64,000 bases of DNA from positions 704,001-768,000 of the forward strand of contig OZ219747.1 of the NCBI GenBank assembly GCA_964291265.2, read 5' to 3'. This DNA comes from Alphaproteobacteria bacterium (GTDB lineage Bacteria > Pseudomonadota > Alphaproteobacteria > SP197). Positions 1 through 10,414 of the stretch are shown here, piece after piece. Below the pieces are notes generated by a model. That model had not been told where the DNA came from. It saw nothing but the letters and a program-made list of their open reading frames with translations, and made no database searches. Position numbers and translations under genes: made by a program. The first letter of the stretch is position 1; each line of letters begins with the position of its first letter.

Positions 1-38
1 GTCACCCTCATTTCGTCACCCCTTGGCCGAACGCTTAC
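1..38. mobile_element. Terminal end of an IS66-family element extending beyond the window start
   Basis: GGCCGAACGCTTAC at 25-38 is identical to the end of the IS66 at 63849-63862; reverse complement begins GTAAGCG, the IS66 terminal signature. Confidence 0.7.
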
Positions 39-185
39 CCCATCGTCTACGACTTCGACGGCGCAACACAACAAAATCGTCTCACTGACGTTGGACGAGG
101 TCAGGATGTCTGAGTTTCATCGACGAGGCCGCCCATGCCACCCAGTGCGATGCGCTGTTCCGGGTGAGGCTGAGGAGCGGCCACG

Positions 186-800
186 ATGCTAAGCGTCTGC
201 GTGCTGCTCGAACACAAGAGCCAGGTCGACGCCGCGACGCCGCTCCAGCTCCTGGGATACATGGTCAACATCTGGCGGCGCGAGATCGGGGGCGGCGGGA
301 ACAGGCTGCCGGTGATCATCCCGCTGGTCTTCTACTAAGCCGAAGTTCCGGACGATTTTAGCAATACAACCACACCAACTAGTTGATCTTACTGATAAAA
401 ACGCACAGAGACAACATGCAAGAGTTCCCATGTAACGGTGAAACACCCTGTTGACACAGGCAGCTGTTGCCCCCATGTACGTGGACATCGTCCCCAACCG
501 CATGAGCCGCCCGCCACCAGTCTCTCCTCCTGGCCCATGGAGAACGTCGAAACCCTGCGGCCCTTCCAGGTCACCACGCGGCCCACGACGCTCCATAAAA
601 AAGCCCTGAACCACCTCGGCGTGCGCCTCTAGCGTTCCCAGTAGCGACACACGCGATTCTCTCAATCGTCAATACATTCATAACGATACGTCTGAACGGT
701 GCTGGAACTTCGGACTAAGGCCAGGGCCGCTGGACGGTGGCGCGCTCGGTGCCGGACATGATCAACGCGCCCGAGAAGCTGAAGCCGTTCGTTGAGGGAA
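186..800 (+). pseudogene. Rpn-family (YhgA-like, PD-(D/E)XK) recombination-promoting nuclease fragment, split by a MITE
   Basis: 186-338 reads VLLEHKSQVDAATPLQLLGYMVNIWRR..LPVIIPLVFY*; resumes after 718 as GQGRWTVARSVPDMI. Right boundary approximate. Confidence 0.75.
339..714 (+). mobile_element. Internally deleted IS1634-like element (MITE)
   Basis: IRs GCCGAAGTTCC / GGAACTTCGGA flanked by CTAA duplication (335-338, 715-718); contains transposase start MYVDIVPNR joined to end PFQVTTRPTTLHKKALNHLGVRL. Confidence 0.8.
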
Positions 801-922
801 GTCGCCTGTGTGGTACACGACCTTGGGGAGGTGGCGCCGGACCGGCTGTCGGCCCGAGGTGCGGGCCGGGACTGACGACTGAATGCTGATGGGAAAGCGA
901 AGCGGGCGCGACGTCGGCACGG

Positions 923-2455
923 CTACATGACGGCGCCGATGACCCACGGCGTGAATTCATTGTCGCCAAAGCCGAGCGCCTCGCTTTTGGACGGCGCTCC
1001 GGAGGCGACCGCCAGAATGCAGGCGAATATTCGCTGTCCCATCTCGTCGACCGAAACGCCGCCGCTCAGCACCTCGCCGGCATCGATATCCATGTCCTCC
1101 GACATCCGCTGGTACATCGCCGTGTTGGTCGCGATCTTGATGCTGGGGGCCGGCTTGTAGCCGAACACGGAACCCCGGCCGGTGGTGAAGCATACGACGT
1201 TCGCGCCCGACGCCACTTCGCCGGTGATCGATACGGGGTCGTATCCGGGTGAATCCATGAAGACGAATCCCTTGGCCGTGATCGGTTCGGCATACCGGTA
1301 TACATCCATCAGGTTGGTGGTGCCGCCCTTGGCCGCAGCACCGAGCGATTTCTCCAGGATCGTGGTCAGGCCGCCGGCCTTGTTGCCAGGCGTCGGGTTG
1401 TTGTTCATCGACCCGCAATGGCGCGCCGTATAATCCTCCCACCACCGTATCCGTTCGATCAGCTTCTCGCCCACGGCCCGGCTGGCGGCGCGTCCGGTCA
1501 ACAGATGTTCCGCGCCGTAGATCTCCGGCGTTTCGGCGAGAATGGCGGTACCGCCGTTGCGCACCAGCAGGTCCACCGCCGCGCCCAATGCCGGATTGGC
1601 CGTGATGCCGGAATATCCGTCCGACCCGCCGCACTGCAGGGCGAGGGTCAAGTGCTCTGCCGATACCGATTCCCGCGAGACCCGGTCGGCTTCCGGCAGC
1701 ATGGAGCGAATGCGCGCCACGCCTTCCTCCACGGTCTTCCGGGTGCCGCCTGAATTCTGGATCGTCATATACTGGAAGTTCGCCGTCTCGTGGATGCCGT
1801 AGGCTTCGAGCAGGAATCTGATCTGCGCCGCCTCGCAACCGAGGCCGACCAGCAGGATGCCGGCGAAGTTGGGATGGCGCACATAGCCCCACAGGACGCG
1901 CTGCAGCGCCTCGAATCCTTCGCCGCTGGTCGCCATGCCGCAGCCCGTGCCGTGCACGAGAGCGGTGACGCCGTCGACGTTCGGATAGTCCTCCAGCCGG
2001 TCGCCCTCGAACTCCCGTCCGATCATCTTGGCGACGGTGGCGGAACAGTTCACTGTGGTCAGGATGCCAATATAGTTCCGCGTGGCGACCCGGCCATCGG
2101 CGCGAACGATACCCTGAAACGCCGATCGCGCACCCGCGCCGACGAACGCGGTCGGCTTTGCGTTCTCGCCAATGGCGTGCGTGCGCTCGAAATCGCTCAT
2201 CGCACAATTGTGGGTATGAACATGCCGACCCACCTCGATGCCGGTTGTCGCGACGCCGATGATCTGGTCGTACTTCCGGACCGGGTCGCCCTCGGCGATC
2301 GGCGCGGTCGCGATCTTGTGGCCGACCGGCACATCATCCAGGCTGACGACGTTCTCGCCGTCAAGCGCGGCGCCGACGCCGAGCGTCTCGGTGGCAACGA
2401 CGACATTGTCGTTCGGGTTCAACCTCACGATACGGGCCGGGGCCTGACTCATCAC
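923..2455 (-). CDS. uxaA: UxaA-family (altronate/galactarate-type) dehydratase with N-terminal SAF domain
   Basis: GHKIA..VRKYDQIIG SAF motif; TRNYIG, HGTGCG, LQCGGSD, ETPE and EKSLG motifs. Confidence 0.9.
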   Translation of the reverse strand: MMSQAPARIVRLNPNDNVVVATETLGVGAALDGENVVSLDDVPVGHKIATAPIAEGDPVRKYDQIIGVATTGIEVGRHVHTHNCAMSDFERTHAIGENAKPTAFVGAGARSAFQGIVRADGRVATRNYIGILTTVNCSATVAKMIGREFEGDRLEDYPNVDGVTALVHGTGCGMATSGEGFEALQRVLWGYVRHPNFAGILLVGLGCEAAQIRFLLEAYGIHETANFQYMTIQNSGGTRKTVEEGVARIRSMLPEADRVSRESVSAEHLTLALQCGGSDGYSGITANPALGAAVDLLVRNGGTAILAETPEIYGAEHLLTGRAASRAVGEKLIERIRWWEDYTARHCGSMNNNPTPGNKAGGLTTILEKSLGAAAKGGTTNLMDVYRYAEPITAKGFVFMDSPGYDPVSITGEVASGANVVCFTTGRGSVFGYKPAPSIKIATNTAMYQRMSEDMDIDAGEVLSGGVSVDEMGQRIFACILAVASGAPSKSEALGFGDNEFTPWVIGAVM

Positions 2456-3165
2456 GTTCTCCTACCTCATCGATGCGGCGCGAGCCGCCGCCAGAAACGC
2501 CGCCGATCAGCAGTTCAGGATTCCAAAAGGTATCGCTTTGGTTTGCGGTCGTCACGTCAGCAACCGGTTTTTCATGTTTCGACATCGCGGAAACCACGTC
2601 AGTCGCGACATCGACCACCACTCGGCACAGCGGAAGCAATCCCGGCCTCGATGGCGGTTTCCATGGCGCCCGATCCTCGGCCCTGACGCCGCAGCAACCA
2701 GGGCCTTGCCGAAGCTCGCCAGCATCCCCTCGGTGCGCGTGATCAGCCATCAAGGCGCGCCACTCGGCCTTCCCGAGAATTCCCCGGGACGAGCCGACAG
2801 TCGCCGCCGACACATCCTGCGACCTGAAAACTTCCGGTCAGTGAACGTGTCACTCTGACGCACGAAGGCATGCCAACATAGGACGCCGTACTTCAATCGC
2901 TTGCAGCCAGCCCGTGACAGTCCACCCTGTTGCTTCCCCGGGTCGGCGATTCAAGGTTCGCTGCAGCGAGATCTTGCTTCGTCACAGTCGGGGTGCCCCG
3001 TTCAGACGCGTCTTCCCACGAGTCCTGGGGCTTTCCGTCATGCCGCAAAGTCTGTCAGCCCCGCCGCGAGAACCTCAACGCCGGCTGCGTTACTCGACGC
3101 CACACGGTGACTCCTTGATATCCTGTTCCTGACTTCTGGTCGGCTGTCGCTCCCAGCCCACGACA

Positions 3166-4651
3166 TCAGTCGTGGCGCAGGTCGTGCAAACGCCGGTAGG
3201 CCTGGCTCCCCTTCATGTCGTTGTTCTCTTCAATGATGTTCCAGGGGGTTCTGCCATCCAGGGTCCGAGCCTCATGATCCGCGCCCCGGTCGAGAAGCAC
3301 CCCGACCACGTCCGGGTTACTTCTGTCCGCCGCCGCGTGAAGCGGGGTCCAGTCATACATGTCGCGCGCTTCCAGGTTCGCGCCCCGGTCGAGAAGCACC
3401 CCAACCACGTCCGGATTGCCGCTGTGCGCCGCCGCCGCGTGAAGCGGGGTCCAGTCAATCTCGTCGCGCGCCTCCAGGTCCGCGCCCCGGTCGAGCAGCA
3501 CCCTGACCACATCCAGATTGTCGCTGTGCGTCGCCGCCGCGTGAAGCGGGGTCCAGTCATTCTCGTCGCGCGCTTCAAGGTCCGCGCCCCGGTCGAGCAG
3601 CACCCTGACCATTTGCGGATTGCCGCTGTGCGCCGCCGCCGCGTGAAGCGGGGTCTGGCCATACCCGTCGCACGCCTCCAGGTCCGCGCCCCGGTCGAGC
3701 AATACACCGACCACTCCAGGAATGCTGCTGAATGCCGCCGCCGCCTGAAGCGGGGTCCAGTCAATCTCGTCGCGCGCCTCCAGGTCCGCGCCCCGGTCGA
3801 GAAGCAGCCCGACCACATCCAGATTGTCGCTGTGCGCCGCCGCCGCGTGAAGCGGGGTCTGGCCATTCTCGTCGCGCGCTTCCAGGTCCGCTCCCCGGTC
3901 GAGAAGCACCCCGACCACGTCCGGATGGCTGCTTTCTGTCGCTGCGTCGTGAAGCGGGGTCCTGCCATTCTCGTCGCGCGCTTCCAGGTCCGCTCCCCGA
4001 TCGAGCAGCACTCCGACCACGTCCAGATGGCTGCTATCTGCCGCTGCGTTGTGAAGCGGGGTCTTGCCATTCTCGTCGCGCGCTTCCAGGTCCGCGCCCC
4101 GGTCGAGAAGCACCCCGACCACGTCCGGATTGCTGATGTCCGTCACCGCCGCGTGAAGCGGGGTCCCGTCAATCTCGTCGCGCGCTTCCAGGTCCGCGCC
4201 CCGGTCGAGCAACACCTCGATCACGTCCGGATTGTCGCGGATTGCCGCCGCCGCGTGAAGCGGGGTCCAGCCACCCTCGTCGCGCGCTTCCAGGTCCGCG
4301 CCCCGATCGAGCAACACCCCGACCACATCCGGATTGCCGTTGAATGCCGCCGCCGCGTGAAGCGGGGTCATGCCATCCTCGTCGCGCGCTTCCAGGTCCG
4401 CGCCCCGGTCAAGCAGCCGCCCGACCACGTCAGGATTGCCGCTGTTTGCCCCCGCCCGGTGAAGCGGGGTCCTGCGATGCATGTCGCGCACACTCATGTC
4501 GACGCCCAGCGTCGAGTCAACGGGAGACGCTCTGCAACGCGGCCCGGTCAAAGAAATCTGACGTGTTCCAGTCCGGACAGGGTGCCGCCGAGACCGGAGT
4601 GGTGCGGACTGACACGGCGCACGCCGCTGTCAGGATCATTTCTGCCTTCAT
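3166..4651 (-). pseudogene. Secreted ankyrin-repeat protein (12 repeats plus cap) with disrupted 5' end; 3166-4497 remains open (443 aa)
   Basis: Repeats TPLHxAA..NPDVVGVLLDRGADLEARD; ATG 4651 gives signal-like MKAEMILTAACAVS..CPDWNTSDFF, then TGA at 4517-4519 and a frameshift near 4506. Confidence 0.85.
3255..4497 (-). repeat. Tandem array of ~102-bp ankyrin-coding units (12 copies)
   Basis: Near-identical scaffolds ACCCCGCTTCAC and GACCGGGGCGCGGACCTGGA recur with 102-bp period. Confidence 0.95.
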
Positions 4652-5462
4652 GCCTTGCACCGTTGTGCTCCGTCCAAACGCTTGATCGTATCATGGAATG
4701 GAACGGGGCGGCCATAGGGAACGATCACGTTTCACCGGTGCGCTTCCTCGGCACCGCCAGCAGCGCACGCGACGCCGACATCGCCGGACTGCTCGACGAA
4801 CTCAACCAGACGCGCACGATCTACGACATGCCGGACAACCTACCCAAACAGTCATGAACGTCGGCTTACCTGTTCACCCCGCGCCATGAAACGTGAGCCT
4901 GTTGTGGCCGTTGGACAAGTGCGTTGATCCGGCGTATTGGTGCACGATCATGCGAGCAGGTGGAGGTGGGTGACGAGGACGCTTGTATTTCGATGATGTT
5001 CTGACGCCTGAACGAACCAGACCCTTGATGGCCATAGACGCGGGGTAGCCGGAAAGGTCCAAGGTTCGTCAACAGGCGTCAGCCAGAACCACCACACGGC
5101 GGTCAGGCATGCGCCTGACCGGCAGGTCGCTCGCGCTCTGTTCAACAAAGGCGTTGCAGGGATCAGAAATGTTTCACAGCAAACTCGGCCCAGAAGCATC
5201 AAACTGATTGGACAATTCATGGCCGAGGTCAGGACGTCTGTTGTTGGCCGTGTTTCCCGCAGTCCACCAAACGCCGGCACGATTTCGCCGAAGGATCGAA
5301 GGCCTGTTTCCAGCGCTGGAACAGCGGCATCGACGAGGACAATGCCATCTGCGAGACCCGGCAGGCGGGAATCTCGTCTCCCTGCCACCGGCCAGGCAGC
5401 CCATCGCCTGAACAACCGGATTGTCGATCGGACCATCGACGACGGCCACGCGGGGCGCCGCA

Positions 5463-5491
5463 TTGACGCCCCCCGGTGAAGCCACTAGAAC
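5463..5491 (+). promoter_or_regulatory. Sigma70-type promoter of tRNA-Ser
   Basis: TTGACG-17 bp-TAGAAC, ending 7 bp before the tRNA. Confidence 0.65.
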
Positions 5492-5498
5492 CATCAAC

Positions 5499-5589
5499 GG
5501 AGAGGTGGCCGAGCGGTCGAAGGCGCTCCCCTGCTAAGGGAGTATGGGCCAAAATCCCATCGAGGGTTCGAATCCCTTCCTCTCCGCCA
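5499..5589 (+). tRNA. tRNA-Ser(GCT)
   Basis: GGAGAGG acceptor stem, anticodon arm CTCCC-CTGCTAA-GGGAG, long variable arm, GGTTCGAATCC, encoded CCA. Confidence 0.97.
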
Positions 5590-5851
5590 TTCAAGTCCTT
5601 GAGTGGGCACTGAGCTTGCGCCTCTGCCCGCCACCAATGGTTGCAGCAGCCGGGACTTGCGATCCCATGATACGGACTCCGCCCCCGGCTACCTCGACAC
5701 GCTGAGCGAGTCCACGCAGGTGACCGTGTCAATTACCGCCGCCTTCCAGCCGGATACGCTCGCGGGCGGTCGTGGCGAAATGGCGCCGCATTTCAGATGT
5801 CCTGACTTCGGGAGTGTCGGCGGTCAAGAGGCGTGAACCCCTGGTGGCCGT

Positions 5852-6010
5852 TCAGGCGGGTTTCTCGGGCAGTTCGAAGACCATGCGGAGTTCGGTTCCG
5901 GGGAAGCGGGTTCGGGCATCGTTGAGTTCCAGGCACTGCTGAAAGACCTCGCGCATGTCCGCAAGCTGCCGCCGCCCGAGGACCTCGGGCAGGCATGCCG
6001 CCTCGTGGCG
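5852..6010 (-). pseudogene. Possible transposase C-terminal remnant
   Basis: LPEVLGRRQLADMREVFQQCLELNDARTRFPGTELRMVFEL resembles IS transposase tails; family not determined. Confidence 0.3.
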
Positions 6011-6401
6011 GCGATGGGCGGAGACCTGAACCGCAGCAGGGACGGCCCGCCCGGCGCGCAGGTCACCTGGAACGGCCAGGCTGCACTGTCGTTCACGGCG
6101 TGGATGCTGGGCCACAGTGTCGATGCCGGGGACGACAGCGTCGTGCGGCAACACATCAGATAGCCAGACGGCATTTGTAGGCAATGAGCAGGGCGGGGCT
6201 CTCACCCGCAAGTACAGCAGCTAGACTCGCTGCACATCGACGGGAATCTGGGCAGGACCTCATATGCAGGGTCCTTGAAGATCTCCCGGCAGAGGCGCCC
6301 AGGAAACCGTGACGCACCGGACAGCCGTATCGGCCGGTAAGCGGTGCAAGGATCCGGAATGGGTCGCTTCGTGGTGTCTGTCAGGCGTTCACGGGCGCCG
6401 C

Positions 6402-7964
6402 TCATGCGGTCTCGGCGCGGATGTCGAGGAGGTTGCGCGCCTCGCGACCGCAGGCCACGCCGACGAGGTGGACCGGGCCGGCGTGGTCGCGGTAGGTCTC
6501 CGCATAGCCCCGCTCGCGCATCTGCGCCAGCGCCGCATCCAGCGCCGCAGCGCCGTCCCCCTCGCCCTCGGCCATCTTGAACTCCAGCACGAAGACCTGA
6601 CCGCCGAGGCGCACCACCATGTCCGCACGGCCGCGGTGCGAGGCCTCCTCCACGTCGAAGTCCACCCCGACCGAACGCAGGCACATGTAGAGAAGGCTCG
6701 CATACCAGGCCTCGTAGCGCGCCAGGTCGCCCTTCGCATGCCACTGGTAGGGAATGCCCGCAAGCCAGGCGCGGAGCTTCTCGCCGAAGCCGGCGAAGTC
6801 GTTCGCCTCCAGCAGGGCGCAGAACTCGCGGCCCCGCTCCAGCGACTCGACGCCCTTCCTGCTCAGCCAGGCAAGCAGTCCGCGGTTCAGGCTGATGCGG
6901 ACCTCGAGGTTGGGATAGTCCAGCCGGTAGAGAGCGTCGAACTCGTCCCGCTCATCCCCCGCGATGGTCAGGTAGCCGGTCTGGAAGAGCAGGGCCTCGA
7001 TGGCGATGTCGCCGACATCGAACTTCGAGACCAGGGACATGCCCGCCAACCGCCCCTCCAGTTCCATCGGGCTCACCGACTTCTCCATCAGCATGCGGAA
7101 CAGGAAGTCCGGCGATCCGGTCTCGAACCAGTAGGGGCGGAACTCGCGGCTGTCGAGCAGCAGAAGCACGTCATAAGGATTGTAGACCCGCTCCCCGCCC
7201 CGCCAGTGGTAGCCGTTGTACCAGGTGCGGACCTTCTCGCGGTCCAGACCGACAAACTCAGGCCCGAACACACGGTCGAGATCCTCCTCGCGGTAGCCGC
7301 AGATCATGGCGAAGCGCGGATCGAGGCTGATGTCCTTCAGGTTGTTGAGACCCGAGAACAGGCTGACTTTCGAGAACATGCTGACACCGGTGACGAAGAC
7401 GAAACGGACGTGTTCGGCGCTGTCCTTGACGATGCCGTAGAAGCCGCGCAGGTAGTCCCGGTTCGCCCTCGCAAGCCCGGGATCGTGAAGCACGTCGAGG
7501 ATCGGCTTGTCGTACTCGTCCACCAGCACCACCACCCGCCGACCGGTGACGCCGTGCAGGCGGTCGAGGATATCGAGAAGGCGTTCCGGTCCGGTCCTGC
7601 AGGCAGCGGACGGGAGCCCGGCATGGCGTTCGACCAGTTCGAGTTGGGTCAGGATGTTGCGCTCGATGTCCCCGGGTTCGTTGTACTTCCCGCCGAAGCT
7701 CAGCCGCACCACAGGATGCGGCGCCGACCAGTCCCAGTGGGGATGGATGTCCAGGCCCCGGAACAGGGGTTCGTGGCAGGCAAACAGCGACCGCAGGGTG
7801 TCGAGCAACAGGCTCTTGCCGAAGCGGCGCGGGCGGGACAGGAAGTAGTGGCGCCCCTCGTCCACCAGACGCCGAACGAGCGAGGTCTTGTCGACGTAGT
7901 AGAAGTCCTCGCTGCGGATCGTCGGAAAGTCCTGGATCCCGATCGGAAGACGGCGACGGCTCAT
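6402..7964 (-). CDS. AAA-ATPase-like domain plus C-terminal PD-(D/E)XK nuclease
   Basis: LPIGIQDF..YVDKT, Walker A SRPRRFGKS, VLVDEYDKP, C-terminal GRADM..VLEFK..ALAQMRERGY. Confidence 0.92.
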   Translation of the reverse strand: MSRRRLPIGIQDFPTIRSEDFYYVDKTSLVRRLVDEGRHYFLSRPRRFGKSLLLDTLRSLFACHEPLFRGLDIHPHWDWSAPHPVVRLSFGGKYNEPGDIERNILTQLELVERHAGLPSAACRTGPERLLDILDRLHGVTGRRVVVLVDEYDKPILDVLHDPGLARANRDYLRGFYGIVKDSAEHVRFVFVTGVSMFSKVSLFSGLNNLKDISLDPRFAMICGYREEDLDRVFGPEFVGLDREKVRTWYNGYHWRGGERVYNPYDVLLLLDSREFRPYWFETGSPDFLFRMLMEKSVSPMELEGRLAGMSLVSKFDVGDIAIEALLFQTGYLTIAGDERDEFDALYRLDYPNLEVRISLNRGLLAWLSRKGVESLERGREFCALLEANDFAGFGEKLRAWLAGIPYQWHAKGDLARYEAWYASLLYMCLRSVGVDFDVEEASHRGRADMVVRLGGQVFVLEFKMAEGEGDGAAALDAALAQMRERGYAETYRDHAGPVHLVGVACGREARNLLDIRAETA

Positions 7965-8475
7965 CGGTCTCTCCCTTCGCGGCGCCGGAACCTGCAGTTG
8001 ACGCGGGAAGTGCGGGACTTCCCCTGTCATGGCTCCGAATGTCCCGGAACGGTCACGCCTGAACACAACGGCCACGCTATCCGCCCGCCTGTCCATGAGC
8101 AAGGGAGAGATACGACCAGGGCGAACATGAAGGGCTGTTGGGTTGATTGCGGATGGTCACGACAGGTTCGCTGCGGTCGTACGGGCCAAGCCGGCGGACG
8201 ACGGAAATTCTGCATGGAGCATGGAGCCATGACGCTCGTGATGAGTGACGGTGCGCCGCATGGTCGCCAGCAGCTGTCCGGGTGGGAGGTCGCGGTGCGA
8301 CCGCCTCACGCGACCTTCGTTCTTTCGTCCCCTGTGATCCGCTCCTGAAGCGCAGAAGGCGAGGCCCCTGGAACCGGAATTCGGTGTCGAAGTGTTCCCG
8401 TCGGTCGGGAGTTTCAATGGCGAAGTCGTCCGGGAACCGGTCGATGCGCGGGCATGACCCCGTGCTCCGGACTAA

Positions 8476-8907
8476 GCCGAAGTTCCAGATGATCTCTAGC
8501 TGACATTCACGTCAACTCATTGTTCTGCGTGATTTGTTGGGCTCGTCAGACTTCACAACGTACCCATGTAGGAGTGCATATTGTCCTTGATATGGGCCAG
8601 TGGTACACCTATGAACGGTAGCCATGTTCATCGGAGCCGTCCCCAACCAATCTTCTCCACCACCCGCCATCCTGCTCCGCGAGTCCTGGCGCAAAGCCGG
8701 AAAGGTCAACATCACCCGCAAACACCGTAGCGCCCCACCTTGCGGGCGCCGGGCTCTTCCAGGTCACCACGCGGCCCACGCCGCTCCAGAGAAAGACACT
8801 CAAGCTCCTCGGCGTGAAGCCGTAGTGCACCCAGTCGGACGCCACTGATATCTGTAATCTGTCATGCATATCAGATAGTTGCGCCTGATCGGCCTTGGCG
8901 CTTCGGC
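8476..8907 (+). mobile_element. Second internally deleted IS1634-like element (MITE)
   Basis: CTAA|GCCGAAGTTCC left end, degenerate right end GGCGCTTCGGC; MFIGAVPNQSSPPPAILLRESWRKAGKV joined to FQVTTRPTPLQRKTLKLLGVKP. Confidence 0.75.
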
Positions 8908-9060
8908 TTGAGCATCTATCGCTCCGCCACAAAAGAGGCGCAGTTGACGACAACGACGACCTCTTCCAGTTTAGCTGAAAGCGAGGGGGATGTCGCAGTG
9001 CCGATGTGGAGCCATATGCTCAAGGAACTGGAGCCAACGAAAACACAGAGAAGAAAACGT

Positions 9061-9726
9061 TCACGGACGCGGTCTTGACGTGAGGAAGGCGTCCATGTGG
9101 AAGAGCGCCTGGTCCGGGATATAGGCGCTTTCCCGACCGACCGGGCAGGCGCGCCGGGCCCGGCAACCAAGCGACATGCAATCGGCGCCCGCCGGCGAAG
9201 CAAGATGAGCGGCACAGGACGGCACGTCGTAACCTGATTCGCTGAAGGCGCCGACCGGACAGGTACCGAGGCAGGGTTTTTCCTGGCAGGCATTGCAGGG
9301 ATTCGGAGTCTCTTCTCTGGAGGGCAGGCCCGCAACCGGTCCGGGAAAGACGAGGGCGCCGCGGTAGGCGTGCCAGAGCCCATGGTCGGGATGGATCAGC
9401 ATGCCGACCGGTGACGGAAAGACCGCTTCGGCGCGCTGCGCCCATCGCTGAAACGGCCACCAGGGTGGACCGTCGAAGGGATAGAGCGCCCGGGCGCCGA
9501 AAGCATCGGCGACAGTGCCGATGATCCGGCGGCTCCATGCGTTCATGGGATCCTTCTCGCCGTCACGGGCGGCGCTGAAAGCCTCCCACATCCCGGCGCC
9601 GGCATTTCCCACGAGGACAACACTGCCCGCATCCGGTCCAAGACCGTCGTCCGGCCGGGGACGAAAGCCGCCGCGGGGGATCAGGCCATGGACTGCCAGG
9701 GCCCGACCAAGACGGTCATAGGTCAT
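9061..9726 (-). CDS. 4Fe-4S ferredoxin-like conserved alphaproteobacterial protein
   Basis: CNACQEKPCLGTCPV and CRARRACPVG cysteine motifs; PFQRWA, HAYRGAL; ATGA overlap with GST. Confidence 0.8.
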   Translation of the reverse strand: MTYDRLGRALAVHGLIPRGGFRPRPDDGLGPDAGSVVLVGNAGAGMWEAFSAARDGEKDPMNAWSRRIIGTVADAFGARALYPFDGPPWWPFQRWAQRAEAVFPSPVGMLIHPDHGLWHAYRGALVFPGPVAGLPSREETPNPCNACQEKPCLGTCPVGAFSESGYDVPSCAAHLASPAGADCMSLGCRARRACPVGRESAYIPDQALFHMDAFLTSRPRP

Positions 9727-10307
9727 GGATTGCGCGGAACGGTCGCCCTCATGGACGGGCGCTCGGCGAAGGTGTCGTACCAGAGCGCCAGGCCCGGGTG
9801 CTCGCTCCTCCAGTCGATCGCCGGAAGGCGGAACGTGACGTAGCCCAGGGCCGCAGCGGCGGAGATCGTCGCGATGTCGACCACGGACCCCGGGGCAGCG
9901 CCCGCGAGAGCTGCGATGCCGCGCTCGACCTTGCCCCGCTGGTGGTCGAGAAACTTCTGCCACTGTTTCTCCGGCGGGCGGCGGGCTTCCATGACGCTCG
10001 ACACCGCCGCCTCCATGATTCCGTCTGCCAGCGCATGGCGGCAAAGGACCGCATCACGCAGCGGCGCCTCGTGTGGTATCAGTTCCGGCCCCGAACCCCG
10101 GGCGCCAAGCCAGGAGACGATGACCAGGCTGTCATAGAGCACCTGACCGTCACCGGTCACGAGCGTGGGCACCTTTGCCAGGGGATTCCTGGCCTGGAGA
10201 TCATCGGGATCGGTCACGCACTCGATATCGCCGGCGACACCCCGCTCGTGGGCCGCCACCATGACTTTCCTGACAAAGGGCGATGTCGGACTGAAATGGA
10301 GTTTCAT
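9723..10307 (-). CDS. Glutathione S-transferase family protein
   Basis: SPTSPFVRKV, NPLAKVPTL, LYDSLVI motifs. Confidence 0.9.
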   Translation of the reverse strand: MKLHFSPTSPFVRKVMVAAHERGVAGDIECVTDPDDLQARNPLAKVPTLVTGDGQVLYDSLVIVSWLGARGSGPELIPHEAPLRDAVLCRHALADGIMEAAVSSVMEARRPPEKQWQKFLDHQRGKVERGIAALAGAAPGSVVDIATISAAAALGYVTFRLPAIDWRSEHPGLALWYDTFAERPSMRATVPRNP

Positions 10308-10414
10308 GGGCTCTCTCCCGGTCGGCCAAGGATAGTCCGGTCAGCGCATGACCTCCACCAGCAGAAAGTGTTGCTTTGGGCTATGATTGACGCATCAATC
10401 CCCACCGTTGAGCC

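Noticed and set aside
99-113. GGTCAGGATGTCTGA, also found inverted near 53931-53945
   Set aside because: Single 15-bp match 54 kb apart with no TSD or coherent element; possibly unrelated IS-end debris
2570-2820. AEWRALM peptide resembling IS66 TnpA
   Set aside because: Too short and degenerate, no IR found
3255-4497. CRISPR array or a complete DGR
   Set aside because: Units are 102-bp coding repeats without unique spacers; no cas, RT, Avd or template repeat in the window
3172-4857. 561-aa repetitive plus-strand ORF
   Set aside because: Antisense shadow of the ankyrin repeats
5582-8929. tRNA-Ser-anchored island with attR CTCCGCCA near 8922-8929
   Set aside because: Only an 8-bp GC-rich match and no integrase; could be chance
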